Origin: the human T2T-CHM13v2.0 reference genome, Homo sapiens
NCBI RefSeq assembly: GCF_009914755.1
Contig: NC_060929.1
DNA length: 64,000 bases
Direction: 5' to 3' (one strand)
The notes below the pieces were generated by a model. That model was not told the origin of the DNA, ran no database searches, and was given only the letters and a program-made list of their open reading frames with translations. Within the stretch, counting starts at the first letter, position 1; every line of letters begins with the position of its first letter. Shown piece by piece: positions 63,242-64,000 of the stretch. The position numbers and the translations under genes are program-made.

Positions 63242-63956
63242 ACGCCAAGATAAGTGGGTAAGACTTCAGAAGCATCTGAAAATTTTACTTGCAATAGTAG
63301 CTATAGGAAGCTTACGGGGTTCTGCACATCCACAAAGTGTTGGCAGCTTATATGGAGTTCTTAATGGCACTGCCTAAAGCAAGAGACTAATTATCAAATA
63401 AGGAACTTCCATGGCTCTCACAAAAGAGAGGTTCTACATTGCAAAAACGGGCCACAAACAGCACTTCCCAGCACACTGCAAGAAATGACAAGAAATTTAA
63501 TGAGCTTATAACACCAGGATATATTTGCCTAAACATTTGATCGTTCCCCAGGGTAGAGTTGCCCTGCCCCCAAAACAGGATAGTAGCAAGAAAATAGGAG
63601 TGAACAAGTACAAGCAATGAGCCACTGTTTCAAGAACATCCAATTAGAAAACGACTTGATAGAATGAAAATAAGATGCACCTGCACTTTATCACCAATTA
63701 TTCCAAGGTAACAAGGATTATATTTACTCATTTATATTTTTCCATGCCTTATTCCTACCTCTATTTTGAGAAGTAAATGAGGAAAAATGTTTCCCCTGGG
63801 TTTCCGTACACTCACAGTTCTCAACCTTGTAACAATGGTCCCAGCGACCAGGAGAGGTTCCTAGAGAGTCAGCCTCCTAATGAAATGGAACAGAACACTT
63901 GCCTTCCCAACTTTTGTTTCGTTTTTGCTTTTTAACTTTTTTTAAAAATGTAGTTT

Positions 63957-64000
63957 GGATGGGCGCGGTGGCTCACGCCTGTAATCCCAGTACTTTGGGA
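63957..64000 (+). mobile_element. Alu 5' end (cut by window edge)
   Basis: ggatgggcgcggtggctcacgcctgtaatcccagtactttggga. Confidence 0.9.

Overview
This is primate (human or great-ape-like) genomic DNA, AT-rich and with no CpG island outside LTRs. It is dominated by interspersed repeats: about 12 Alus, two young L1PA elements, several old L1M segments, LTR12, MER52, MER77, MER31, MSTB, MLT2 and MER54-like LTRs, and MIR, L2 and DNA-transposon remnants. I cannot support any host protein-coding gene, RNA gene or CRISPR-like array. The ORFs with recognisable protein similarity are decayed L1 ORF1/ORF2 fragments; the rest are Alu/LTR artefacts or unrecognisable chance ORFs. I did not find a convincing new biological system. 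The most notable observations are: (i) a TSD-flanked L1PA3-like element whose first ~50 nt are fused directly to mid-ORF2 through a short microhomology; (ii) several fold-back or template-switch structures (nested palindrome at 3.6 kb, inversion bounded by inverted repeats at 15.4-15.8 kb, inverted duplication inside an Alu at 55.1 kb); (iii) a solo LTR12 with an intact CCAAT/GATA promoter module; and (iv) a near-full-length L1PA4/5 with no TSD and a triplicated unit in the ZNF93-target segment. Repeat subfamily names come from my recall of consensus sequences, and boundaries are approximate unless a TSD is quoted.
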